Assembly (NCBI RefSeq): GCF_006345805.1 | Contig: NC_043002.1 | Span: 67,518,001 to 67,582,000, forward strand | Reading direction: 5' to 3' | DNA length: 64,000 nucleotides | Origin: Octopus sinensis | Taxonomy: Eukaryota | Shown here: positions 51,100 through 64,000 of the stretch, in pieces | Position numbering within the stretch: the stretch's first letter is position 1 | How the letters are laid out: each line of letters begins with the position of its first letter | Position numbers and translations under genes: made by a program | The notes under the pieces: model-generated | What the model was told of the DNA's origin: nothing | The model's database searches: none | Seen by the model: only the letters and a program-made list of their open reading frames with translations

Positions 51100-53824
51100 C
51101 ACAGTATCACCCAGAACATCAGACGTTCTTATACCCAGCTGATCATAATGCGCTTCCAATTCTATCTTGATTGCACCATTTCTTCCCACCATCACACAAA
51201 TTGCTTGACTAAACCGTCTTCTATATATAGTAAGTAAAACATAAAGTAAAAAGAAATTATTACTTATTTCCATATTACGACATGTACTTTCCATAGAAAT
51301 ATATTGATGAATCGTAGCTCTAAGGTTGGAACCAGTTGTTAAGGCAATGCAACATCATCCAGCCAATAACTTTATTGAAGACATAAGTCAAAACTGAAAA
51401 ATATTATTATTAATCTACAAGTGCACCATATGTTATATTTTATTTTCTATGTACAATTATTGTTTGATTGCTAAACCATTCATTCTGTATTTTAATTATT
51501 ATCAAACTATATTAAGTGACCAATATTGATATATATATATATTTTAATTTATACCAATTGTGATTAACATATTTTCCAGTCTGCAATATGATCAATGAGG
51601 TATTTTAATAGACTTCTATTTAAAACTTCATACCAAAAGGGGAAGAGAAAAGAAAAAAATCATTCAAGATTTGGCATTCAGTTTAGGTGTAGTCATGGCT
51701 GCGTGGTTAAGATGTTCACTTTGCAATCATAAGGTTCCAAGTTCAGTCTCAGTGTGTTGCCCCTTGGACAAGTGTCTTTTACTATAGCTCCAAACCAACC
51801 AATGCCTGTTGAGTGAATTTGATAAATGGAGACCATGAGAAAGCCCCTAATGTGTGTGTGTGCTGTATTTAGTCTCCCACCACTGCTGTTTGACAACTAA
51901 TGTTGGTTTGTTTACATCCCCGTAACATGTGGTTCAGCAAAACAGACCAATAGAGTAAGCACAAGACTTAAAAATAAGCACAATAAGAGGTGATTTCTTT
52001 GACCAAACCTCCAGGGGTGCAGTGCCCAGGCATGGCCATAGTTACATGACTAGAAAGAATAAACATGTGACTTTATATGAATTTTCTTTTAGGTTTAACT
52101 TTAGCCCATTTATTCATCCTTTGGTAAAAATGAAATGATACAATATTAAACTAACTTCTTTAAGGCCTTCAGTACAAAGCCACAACAGGTATTTTGTTGT
52201 GTATTTAAAAGGGACATTTAACCCTTTTGTATTACCAATCTGCCTGAGATTATCACTGATTCCATGATATAAACTTGCTTTATTTAAAGTGATCCAAATT
52301 AAAACCTACCATGAAAATTTTATGTTAAATTGTGTTTCAAACACCACTATAATAATCGTTTCTACTATAGGCATAAGGCGTGGAATTTTCGGAGGGGGGG
52401 GTCTAGTTGATTACATGGACCATAAAAAGGTGAAAGGGAAAGTCAACCTCAATAGAACTAGAACTCAGAATGTAAAGATGGATGAAATACTGCTAAGCAT
52501 TTTGTCCAGCATGTTAACGATTTTAATAATGACAAAATTATTTTACTAATTTTTTGGGGGTGTAATTTTCAAAATTAATTAACTGACATCTTGTCCAGAG
52601 GGGTTATCTCCACCCACTTAAAACCTTGAAGTTAGAGCTAAACAAAAGCCTACCACTGATTCCGTGATACAAACTTGCTTTTTTCAAAACTGATTTAAAT
52701 TAAAACCTCCTTGTGCTGGAGGTACGTGAAAAAACATTCAAGCGAGGTCATTGCCAGTACCGCTGGACTGGCTCCTGCGCAGATGGCACATAAAAAGCAC
52801 CATTTGAGCATGGCCATTGCCAGTACCGCCTGACTGGCCCTTGTGCCGGTGGCACGTAAAAGCACCTACTACGCTCTCGGAGTGGTTGGCATTAGGAAGG
52901 GCATCCAGCTGTAGAAACTCTGTCAGATCAGATTGGAGCCTGGTGCAGCCATCTGGTTTACCAGACCTCAGTCAAATCGTCCAACCCATGCTAGCATGGA
53001 AATCGAACATTAAACAATGATGATGATGATGATTAAAAAATTTCATGCTAAATTATGTTGCAGACACCAATTAAAATGAAAACAGTGTATTTGCACAGAA
53101 ATATGGTTAAAAATAAAAGGTTAATTCTGAAATATCTTTTCATTTACCTGCTGAGAAAAAGAAATGAATCATTAGGAAATGTAATCAAGAAACAAACTGA
53201 CATCTTGTCCAGGAGTTTTATCTCCTTCATCCACTTAATACGTTGAGATTGGAGCTAAACAATAACCTTTAATTAAAAGTGCTTTGGAGTTAATGGAAGT
53301 ATTTATGTCCTTTAATTGCACTGAATCACATTACAAAAGTAAAAGACTTGTTGTTGTGTCATCAATGCAAACAATAAATACTCAGAATGTATGGTCAAAG
53401 CTTTCATGGATTCTCAACTAATCAAGTTTAATTACACTTAACTTAAATAAATCAAAAAGTCAAAACTATGGACTTAACAGAAGGCTTACTAGAAATAGCA
53501 GGCAACTTCTGTAAAGTGATGTAATTGATGTTGGAATTGGGAAGACTAAAGTAACATTATGGCCCAAGTTAAAGAGAGGTAGTGAGCTGGCAGAAATGTT
53601 AGCACGCTGGGCAAAACGCGTAGCCGTAACGTTCTAAGTTCAAATTCCGCCGAGGTCGACTTTGCCTTTCATCTTTCCAGGGTCAATAAATTAAGTACCA
53701 GTTACGCACTGGGGCCGATATAATCGACTTAATCCGTTTGTCTGTCCTTGTTTGTCCCCACTATGTTTAGCCCTTTGTGGGCAATAAAGAGATAAGTTAA
53801 AGAGAGAAGATAGAAAGTTTAAAC

Positions 53825-54078
53825 CAGTGGTTCTCAATGGGGGTCCATATGACCCTTAGGGGTTTATATAAGGTCTTGTTATCAAAATTTATCTGCAATA
53901 AATTGGTTATACTTCTACAAAACAAAATATTTTATCAATGCTTTTTATACAATTTTTAATAATATTTAATTACAAAAATATAACCGGATATTGTTAAACA
54001 TCTAATAGCTATCAAGGTCCAGTAGAGTAAAATAAGAAACAAATGGGCCCATGGGCAAAATATGGTTGAGAACCACTG
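53825..54078 (+). mobile_element. hAT (Charlie-type) MITE
   Basis: TIR CAGTGGTTCTCAA / TTGAGAACCACTG; degenerate 8-bp flanks. Confidence 0.75.
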
Positions 54079-54357
54079 CTTTAGATGAAGTTCTACCCTT
54101 GTTGGAAATGAAGTGTTTTTCTCTCCCAAGCAAAGAACAGATTATAAGAGGAAAGAATGGAATGCATGCAGTTGTATATGGGCTGTAAATGCAGAGGATC
54201 TAAAGTTATAGGAAAGAAACACAGAAAATATGACCCAATGGGTGTGAGATGCTAAATTAAGAAGAACTAAACATAAGTAAACTAAGAAAATTGCTATGCA
54301 TCAAAAAACAATATACACACATATACATATATATATGGGTACAGGACGTCACCAACA

Positions 54358-54678
54358 GTGCAAATAACATGAAATACATAAACAAACGAGGGAAAAACGA
54401 GTGAACGACATAAACAACGAGAAGAAAAATGGAAAACAGGACAAGTTAACACAGAGAAAGAACCCTTCATCAGTTGTCGGCTGTCTAGCTACTCCTCATT
54501 TCGAGCATTCAACGACAATATGAGTCTTCAAAGACGGTTGCTCCCATAAATTCTAAAATAAAATTTAGGATTTATGGAAGGTCAAAGTTGGGAACAAACA
54601 AATTACATTTTTTTCTCATTGATTACATATTTCACTCGTTTTCCCCTTGTTTGTTTATGTATTTCATGTTTTTTGCAC
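54358..54678. mobile_element. Element with about 48-bp imperfect terminal inverted repeats, possibly Penelope-like
   Basis: gtgcaaataacatgaaatacataaacaaacgagggaaaaacgagtgaa versus ttcactcgttttccccttgtttgtttatgtatttcatgttttttgcac. Confidence 0.55.
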
Positions 54679-55364
54679 CATCCGAGTGTGATCGTTACCA
54701 GAGTAGCAAACTGACTTCTGTGCCGGTGGCATGTAAAAAGCACCATTCAAGTGTGATCGTTACTAGCATCACCTTACTGGCACTTGTGCCGGTGGCACGT
54801 AAAAGCACCCACTACACTCTCGAAGTGGTTGGCATTAGGAAGGGCATCTGGCTGTAGAAACTCTACAAGATCAGATTGGAGTCTGGTGCAACCATCTGGT
54901 TTGCCAGTCCTCAGTCAAATCGTCCAACCCATGCTAGCACGGAAAGTGGACTTTAAACGATGATGATGATATATATATATATCTTGTCTTTTGTGTGCTT
55001 AAAGATAATGAAATTAACAGCTTTACCCTTTGTGGGTCCTGAGGTAGCTTATGAGGCTGATATTGGCACAAAACCCACATTTACAGTGGGAGCATGTAAT
55101 AGTGGAATCATGGACCTTGTGGGACTCTTGTTTTACATACATATGTATGTTTGCTGCATGGCAAACACAATAGTGCTCGTGGCACCAGAAAAGCACACAT
55201 TACGTGCTGTAAAGTGGTTGGGTTAGGGTTAATTAATTAGGAAGAGCATACAGCTGTAGGAATCATGTCAAAGCAGACACTGGAGTAAGATGCAATCCTT
55301 GGACCTATCAGATCCAATCAAACTGTTCAATCCATGCCAGCATGGAAAATGGACACTAAATGGT

Positions 55365-55540
55365 GGTGATGATGGTGATCATGATGATGATGTGGTGGTG
55401 GTGGCGGTGGTGGTGGTGGTGGTATTGATGATGATAATGATGATGATAGTGGTGGTGGTGGTGATGATATGGTGATGAGATGATGATGATGGTGATGGTG
55501 GTGGTGGTGGTGATGGTGGTGGTGGTGGTGATGATGATAG
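55365..55540. repeat. (GGT)n/(GAT)n trinucleotide array; (CAT)n/(TAT)n at 5925-6001, (TTC)n at about 18883-18922
   Basis: Direct inspection. Confidence 0.9.
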
Positions 55541-56135
55541 GTGTATGCAAAAGAGATCCTTTTATTGGTATGATCAGGCATTGCATATGGATACTGAAAA
55601 GACATCCATACTATAAGTAGATCAAAAAGTTAACTTGAAAATAAAACAGAAGTGGTGGTGAGGTGATGAATATGAGAGCAATGAATGAACATTAACATAA
55701 GGAATGGTAAGACAATTCAGGTGTGTGCAAGAATGCTTTATTGCAGATGCAGCCAATCCATGCTAGCGTGTAAGGATGTTTATAAAGCCAAAACAATCAA
55801 TGAAAAGGCTGATAATGATGATAGCGTTCATTCATGTAAAAAGACTAATTATATTCGGAGAGCTTATGACTTTTATTATTGGCTGAATCAACACAATTGT
55901 CAATGATTATTATCAATATCTAATATTTAGACATGATTTCAATATAATTAGCTTCCTGGCTTGATGCCATTGAACTGTTTTGACCTGATAGAAGCAGATC
56001 TTCACAGCAACAATTATCTATGCCAATTAATTTCATACGGCCCCTATATATAAAATACATATTTGCACAAACACACACATATATCCATACGTATGTAAGT
56101 ATTTATTTATGTATCTATCAATATATATATATACA

Positions 56136-56179
<44 letters not shown>

Positions 56180-56285
56180 CACACATACATATATACATAT
56201 ATACATACACACACATATACATATACACACATACATATAAACATATATACACACACGCACACACAAACACACATTTTCATATATA

Positions 56286-57885
56286 CAGTAGTGAGCAAAA
56301 AAAAGACAATATGATTAATATCTTTTTAAATGTCGGAAAAGCTAGTGAATGTACAAATTCGTAAATTCGTAATTGGTTTCATAAACATGGTTAACCATCA
56401 GCTAAATTCTCTGAAAAATCTAAATTTGTACAATGGTCTTAATAAAAGTCAATAATACTAGTTTCGGCCAAATGTCTCATGTGCAAAATAAGAGAACAAT
56501 TAGATTCCTTCAGAAATTTCTGGAAATTTCAAACATTTTTACATTTGCAGGCTCAACGTTACTACTGTCTTGGTATTGTGCTAGCTTCCAAACATGGCAC
56601 ACCACGCTAAAGTTACTCCCGACCTCCGAAAGGAAATTGTCATGATGAAATTTCAGGATGACTCTCTTGGCTACTTCACGAGGTGTAAGGAGATCTAAGA
56701 GTGTAGTTTCCCATGTTCTTAAGCTCTAGGAAGAGGCTAAAGGTTTTGAACCAAAAAAGGCAACTGGTAAACCACACAAAGCCACCATGTGAGATGATTG
56801 AGCCATGAAATGGTACATATCGAATGATCCTTTTGAGACTGTGGCTGGAATTTCTAAGAAAATAAAAGTAAATAATGGTACAGAAGTGAGCCGCTTTACA
56901 GTGTCTCGTCGTCTGAAGGAATTTGGATTAAAGATTTGTTCCCCGGCAATGAAACCTACAATCAGCAAGAAGAACAATTGGGAAAGTCTTTTATTTGCAG
57001 AAGCTCATGTGAACTGGGGGGATGAAAATTGGTCAAAAGTTCATTTTAGGGATGAAAGCAAATTCAATTTAGTAGGTTCAGATGGTAGACAGTATGTTAG
57101 GCACTTCACAGGAGATCGGCTAAAATCCAAGTGTCTGAAGAAATCTGCCAAGTTTGGAATATGAAGCATCATGGTGTGGGAAATTATTTTTTTCTGAAGG
57201 AGTTGGTGTTCTAGTGCATATTAAAGGGACTATTAATGCTTAAACCTATTTGAATCTGGTTAAACAGCATGTAATCCCATCATTATGTGTATTTCTGAAT
57301 CAACTGTGCATTTTCATGCAAGATAATGCTCCTTGTCATACTGCAAAACGTGTCACCAGGTTCTTTAGTGAATAAAATATCCAAGTAATGAAGTGGCCAG
57401 CACAAAGTCCAGACTTAAATCCAATTGAGAACCTTTGGAAGAAACAGTAACACAAAGGGCACCAACTACTCAGTGAATTAATGGGAGATATTAGAAGAGG
57501 CATGGAAGAAAGTAACACCTGATTTGTGCAGGAAACGTGTTATGTCCTGTGGTAATCGATGTGCAGAGGTGATCTCCAACAAAGGTCTACAAACATCATA
57601 CTAACTGTATTAAGTTCATATTTACATTTCTTTCAATCATTATTATGGTTTTGAGTTTAATTGAAGCATTCTTTGGTTTGATCATTCTCTTCTTTTGCAT
57701 TTGAGACATTTGGATGAAACTAGTGTTATTAACTTTTATCAAAGCCATTGTGCAAACTTAGATTTTCCACAGAATTCAGCTGATGGTCAACCATATTTAC
57801 AAAACCAATTGCAAATTTGTATGTTTACTAGCTTTTCCAAAATTTAAAAAAATATTAATCCTTTTTTATTTTTTGCTCGCCACTG
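56286..57885 (+). mobile_element. Full-length (1.6 kb) decayed Tc1-family transposon with long TIRs
   Basis: TA on both flanks; termini CAGTAGTGAGCAAAA / CAGTGGCGAGCAAAA; TIR similarity extends about 210 bp. Confidence 0.92.
56594..57604 (+). pseudogene. Tc1 DD34E transposase pseudogene
   Basis: Motifs WSKVHFRDESKFNL, FMQDNAPCHTAK and WPAQSPDLNPIENLW; multiple stops and frameshifts. Confidence 0.92.
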
Positions 57886-59784
57886 TATGTATACACACAC
57901 ACACACACATGTACACACTCACACACAGGCACAGGAATGGCTCTGTGGTAAGAAGCTTGCTTCCCAACCACATATTTTCGGGTTCAATACCACTGTGTGG
58001 CACCGTGGGCAAGTGTCTTCTACTATAGCCTCGGGCTGACCAAAGCCTTATGAGTATATTTGGTAGATGGAAACTGAAAGAATCCTGTCGCATATATATA
58101 TATATATGTATATGTACATGTATACATTTGTGTATGCATGTATTTGTGTGTTTGTGTTTGTACCCCCACCATTGCTTGACAACCGATGTTGGTGTGTTTA
58201 CGTCCCTGTAACTTAGTGGTTCAGCAAAAGAGACTTAATATTAATATTAATAGATGTGCTGCAGTTGGGGAGGTGAAACAGTCAAAAACCTAGTAACAAA
58301 TCTCTTTTTATCTATTATGAACTGCGAAAGAGATGGCTGCAAAGTTTGCAATTTGTGCTAACTGTAAACGGAATATAAATGGAATGTAAATCCCAGCTAA
58401 AAGATATCACTAAAAGTCAAAAAAACTTTAAATAATAAAATGGCAAAACAAACATAAAAATAGTTAATTTGAAGAAATATCATTAACAATGCTTATTGGG
58501 TTCTATCACTCCCTGAAATATAGCTTAACAATAATGTGCTTTTCCCAAGCTTTAAAGATGCCTAAATTTATTGCATCCAAAGAATTTTATCATTCCAGCA
58601 GCAATTTAAAATATCTTAATTTTAAAAAAATGTGTGGGGAAATAATTAGGTTAATGATAGGAATATTATTTATAACTGTGAAAATGAAATTTCTGAATGA
58701 GTGAACAGCTTAGATATTAAATAAAAAAAAAATACTGATGATAACAAATAAATACAAATATAGTTATGACATTAAAACATATGTAAGACATCTGGCGGAA
58801 GCATCTACCTATCCTCATTAAGTATGACAAATTTTACATAATTTAAACAAATAGACATTTACAAGTGTTGACACACCCATACTCTGTGCTCTGCTGGCAG
58901 ATGCTGTCTATAACAGATAATCCATATAGCAGATTCTGTCCTGACTATGTTTTAAGGGAACATGTGTACTCCTTCAGGAGCAGGGTCAAATTTTACCTTT
59001 TTATCTTGTTTTATCTAGTAAATTCAGAACCAACACGATAAGGATCATCTTTGACAGGGGTAGAGGCCCCTCCTTATTCTCCTGCGGCTTCTAACTGACA
59101 ACCCTACTTCCACAAGAAATTACATTCACCACAATAGCTTATAGTATCCATCAACGAGAAAACTGACCAATTGACCAATTGTAATGTTGTTACTAAACAA
59201 ACACCTTGGTAATGAACTTCAAAACATTGGCCACTGACACTCCATAAAGACCACCTTAATTCTAGTTAGCCTACATATTATTACTGTTTCCCTAGAGAGG
59301 AAATTATCTTATTTCCATGTACCCCTGGTGTGGCCTTCCCAGTTAAAAATACATCACACACAACTATGCATGACACACCACCCATTAAACTAATCCAGTA
59401 TACCAATGCACTTCCCTGTGATGTTACTAATGTACTGGGTATGTATGTAACCTAATGCCATCAGATAGTTTTACTTAACCACATGGAACCGTAGGTACAT
59501 ATGCTTTCCCATCCTTAACTGATGTCACTAAACTGTCAAAGTCTACAGGTTGCAAACCGGCTGGTGCTACTAGACTGTTCTTTCCACTACATTAAATCAT
59601 AAACAGAAATATACATGCACACACGCGTGCGTGTGCGTCTGTGTGTGTGTGCATGTACGTTTTTCTGTATTCATTTTTACAAGGTAAAGGTTGACATTGA
59701 ACTTTGAAGTTACAGCTTGCTTACTGAGTAATCCAATAGCTTAATGTTAAATTGTTTCTCTCTCCCTCTCCCTCTTTCTCTCTC

Positions 59785-59828
<44 letters not shown>

Positions 59829-59921
59829 AGTGTGTGTGTATGTGTGCATGCGCGCACGCACGTGTGTGTGTATTAATCATCATCATTTAACATCCAGCTT
59901 CTATGCCTATATACATATCTA

Positions 59922-59956
<35 letters not shown>

Positions 59957-60148
59957 CTCTCTCTCTCTCTCTCTCTTTTACTCTTTTACTTGTTTCAGTC
60001 ATTTGACTGCGGCCATGCTGGAGCACCACCTTTAGTCGAGCAAATCGACCCTGGGACTTATTCTTTGTAAGCCCAGTACTTATTCTATCGGTCTCTTTTG
60101 CCGAACCGCTAAGTGACAGGGACGTACACACATACACACATATATATA

Positions 60149-60206
<58 letters not shown>

Positions 60207-60220
60207 ACATATATATATAT

Positions 60221-60280
<60 letters not shown>

Positions 60281-60300
60281 TACATACATACATATATATA

Positions 60301-60347
<47 letters not shown>

Positions 60348-60353
<6 letters not shown>

Positions 60354-60725
60354 AATATAAGAGAGTGGTCACTATATGGCTCACTCTAGCACCAGTTAAT
60401 CCAAAAGGTTTCAACCACGAAAATACATGTTTCCCATGAAAGTCAGTACGATTGTTAGCTCACACGGACAGGGCAAATAAAAAATAACAAAAATACAGAT
60501 TATTTTGGGACAATTGTTTCGCTATTAATGAATTAAATGTAATTTTACTAGCGAAACAATTGTCCCAAAATAATCTGTATTTTTGTTATTTTTTATTTGC
60601 CCTGTCCGTGTGAGCTAACAATCGTACTGACTTTCATGGGAAACATGTATTTTCGTGGTTGAAACCTTTTGGATTAACTGGTGCTAGAGTGAGCCATATA
60701 GTGACCACTCTCTTATATTTATTTT
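60348..60725. repeat. Perfect 177-bp inverted repeat with 24-bp spacer
   Basis: 60348-60524 versus 60549-60725; no mismatch found by eye. Confidence 0.9.
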
Positions 60726-60846
60726 GTAAAAATATTATAATATGTTATAAAATATTATAATAATCCAGGTTTCTCGGAGCACTAGGCCACTTGGTGTTGA
60801 ATAGATATACTATTAAATTAGTATCTAATTCTCTCACCCTTATTAA

Positions 60847-60877
<31 letters not shown>

Positions 60878-61329
60878 AGCTTGGAAGATTGATGTTAAAT
60901 GATGATGATATCCGCATTTCATATTGATTGCCCAGTTTCATCTCAGTCAGGAAAATCATGAGATTGTGAGAGTCAAAGCCAAGGAAGCTTATTCATTTTC
61001 AATTGATTGAAGGTGTATATTTGAGTCATGTGGTAGTTCATGTGGGAGAAGTGAGGGTGTGAAATTTTTTTTTTATTACAAGGAAGAAGATTGGGATTGA
61101 ATAGGATTGTTTAGCAGGATGGTTTTTACAGATGATTTTTAAGAATAGTCTAAAAATATGTGTGAAACAGAGATAGAGCAATAGATAGACAGAAAGATAG
61201 ATACATACATATATGCATACATACATGCCATACAATATTGGGCAGTCTGTCTGAAGTAGTTAGCATGAAAAAAGCATATATTTGTATATATATGCATATA
61301 TATAACACACACACACACATACATATATA

Positions 61330-61388
<59 letters not shown>

Positions 61389-62087
61389 ACACACACACAA
61401 ATACATCAAACACAAAATATATATATAAGAGTGGCTGTGTGATAAGAAGCTTGCTTCCCAACCACATGGTTCTGGATTCAGTTCCACTGCATGGCACCTT
61501 GGGCAAGTGTCTTCTACTATAGCCTCAGGCTAGCCAAAGCCTTCTGAGTAGATTTGGTAGATGGAAACTGAAAGAAGCCCATCGTATGTATATATATGTG
61601 CATATGTGTATGTTTGTGTGTCTGTGTTTGTCCCTCCCCCATCGTCTGACAACCGATGTTGGTGTGTTTACGTCCCTGTAAGTTCAAGGTTCTGCAAAAG
61701 AGACTGATTGAATAAGTAACTAGGTTTACAAAAGAATGTAAACATGCAAAACGAGAGGAAGCAAAAGGTGGACATTTTCAGATGATGAATTTTTATGTAT
61801 AAATATGTAAATATATATATGTTAATAGGTCTAACTTACACTGAGTACAAATAACAGGGAAAATTAAAGGGGAAGAAAAAAGGCGTTATAGGTCCAACAG
61901 CTGTTGGACTTATACGGAGTGGTTGGCGTTAGGAAGGGCATACAGCTGTAGAAACTCTGTCAGATCAGATTGGAGTCTGGTGCAGTCATCTGTTTCGCCA
62001 GACCTCAGTCAAATCGTCCAACCCATGCTAGCATGGAAAGCGGACGTTAAACGATGATGATGATGATATATATGTAATATATAAGGC

Positions 62088-62254
62088 GCATAAGTGGATG
62101 TGTGGTAAGTAGCTTGCTTACCAACCACATGGTTCCGGGTTCAGTCCCACTGCATGGTACCTTGGGCAAATGTCTTCTACTATAGCCTCGGGCCGACCAA
62201 AGCCTTGTGAGTGGATTTGGTAGACGGAAACTGAAAAGAAGCCTGTCGTATATG

Positions 62255-62326
<72 letters not shown>

Positions 62327-62570
62327 ATATATATTATATATATATATATATGTATGTATGTGTGTGTATATGTGTGTGTCTGTATTTGTCCCACCAACAT
62401 CACTTGACAACCGATGCTGGTGTGTTTACGTCCTTGTAACAGTTCGGCAAAAGAGACCGATAGAATAAGTACTAAGTTTACAAAGAATAAGTCCTGGGGT
62501 TGATTTGCACGACTATAGGCGGTGCTCCAGCATGGACACAGTCAAATGACTGAAACAAGTAAAAGAGTAA
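62088..62570 (+). mobile_element. SINE family A; other copies at about 13960-14325, 39830-40160(-), 57908-58232, 59977-60130(-) and 61428-61735
   Basis: Family A head, body and tail. Confidence 0.85.
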
Positions 62571-62784
62571 TACATATGTGTTTGTGTGTGTGTGTACGTG
62601 TATGTAATAATATATGTGTGATATATGCATGTGTAATAATATATGTAATACATACATATGTATGTGTGTGTGTGTGTGTAATATGTGAGTTTGGGGGTGA
62701 GATATAATATCCAGGTGGATACTGTATTAGTTCTCAGTTAAGTTTCAGTGAAAGGCTAACCACAGCATACATACATACTTACAT

Positions 62785-62850
<66 letters not shown>

Positions 62851-62851
<1 letters not shown>

Positions 62852-63344
62852 TATAGATATATAAAAATGAAAAAAGAAACGTAAAAGATATAGGCTGAGT
62901 GTCAATATTTTTATAAAGGTAATTTCATCTGAAAAGTGACATTTTGGATAAAGTTGCATTAAAGGGAGACATGCCTAGTAGTAAGTTGAATATATATATA
63001 TATATAATTCAGAGAAGAATACAGTGTACGTTCAAACACAAAAGAGATACCCGAAGAATAGGATATCTGACTCGCTAGAAAGAGCAGTTAAAACTCCAAG
63101 CCACCAATTGTTGTAATTCCAAAAGTGATTGGAAAATAAAAACCTTTACCAGATATCCTATTCTTCGGGTATCTCTTTTGTGTTTGAACGTACACTGTAT
63201 TCTTCTTTGAATATATATAGTCTATTGACTAATTTTTTCTTTCTCGCTAGACCACTGGTAACTAAGAATTTTTCGATGAATATTCTTGCTACCCTAAGAT
63301 TTTAATATACACACACACACACAACACACACACACACACACACA

Positions 63345-63375
<31 letters not shown>

Positions 63376-63856
63376 CCACACACCACACACACACACACAA
63401 AAGTATAGATATATAAAAATGAAAAAAGAAACGTAAAAGATATAGGCTGAGTGTCAATATTTTTATAAAGGTAATTTCATCTGAAAAGTGACATTTTGGA
63501 TAAAGTTGCATTAAAGGGAGACATGCCTAGTAGTAAGTTGAATATATAATATATATAATTCAGAGAAGAATACAGTGTACGTTCAAACACAAAAGAGATA
63601 CCCGAAGAATAGGATATCTGACTCGCTAGAAAGAGCAGTTAAAACTCCAAGCCACCAATTGTTGTAATTCCAAAAGTGATTGGAAAATAAAAACCTTTAC
63701 CAGATATCCTATTCTTCGGGTATCTCTTTTGTGTTTGAACGTACACTGTATTCTTCTTTGAATAATATATAGTCTATTGACTAATTTTTTCTTTCTCGCT
63801 AGACCACTGGTAACTAAGAATTTTTCGATGAATATTCTTGCTACCCTAAGATTTTA

Positions 63857-63899
<43 letters not shown>

Positions 63900-63900
63900 C
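62851..63900 (+). repeat. Tandem duplication, about 552-bp unit x2, each with an internal 63-bp inverted repeat
   Basis: gtatagatatataaaaatg starts at 62851 and 63403; IR arms 63007-63069 and 63150-63212 in copy 1. Confidence 0.9.
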
Positions 63901-64000
63901 ACACACACACATATTTATGTGTGTGTGTATGTATGTGTACATAATACATGCACACACAAATAAATATATATAAAACACATACATATATACATACATATAT

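Noticed and set aside
45294-64000. EFHD first coding exon (expected FNPYTEF.EFSRKQIK motif)
   Set aside because: Not found by eye on the minus strand; it probably lies beyond the window.

Overview
AT-rich, microsatellite-dense eukaryotic DNA with large introns. The repeat families and (TA)n/(CA)n load are most consistent with a coleoid cephalopod such as Octopus (inference, not searched). Two genes converge tail-to-tail. On the + strand are the last four coding exons of AP-5 complex subunit mu (AP5M1; 5662-14493). On the - strand are three coding exons of an EF-hand/coiled-coil swiprosin gene (EFHD1/2-like; 45293-38441); I could not find its first exon, so it probably lies beyond 64000. The rest is mostly mobile DNA: several SINE families, RTE, CR1/L2-like and R4/Dong-like LINE fragments, a full-length decayed Tc1, hAT and piggyBac-like MITEs, and a Helentron-type element. 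The most interesting signal is a set of small Penelope-like or retrozyme-like elements carrying minimal type I hammerhead ribozyme motifs. One is a fold-back with a hammerhead on each strand around a tRNA-like hairpin (47506-47944). A second family has an A6U core variant (941, 50007, 50921). A third is a perfect 177-bp fold-back centred on the 3' half of a hammerhead (60348-60725). Coordinates were read by eye: splice sites and ribozyme motifs were counted base by base, while repeat ends are approximate.
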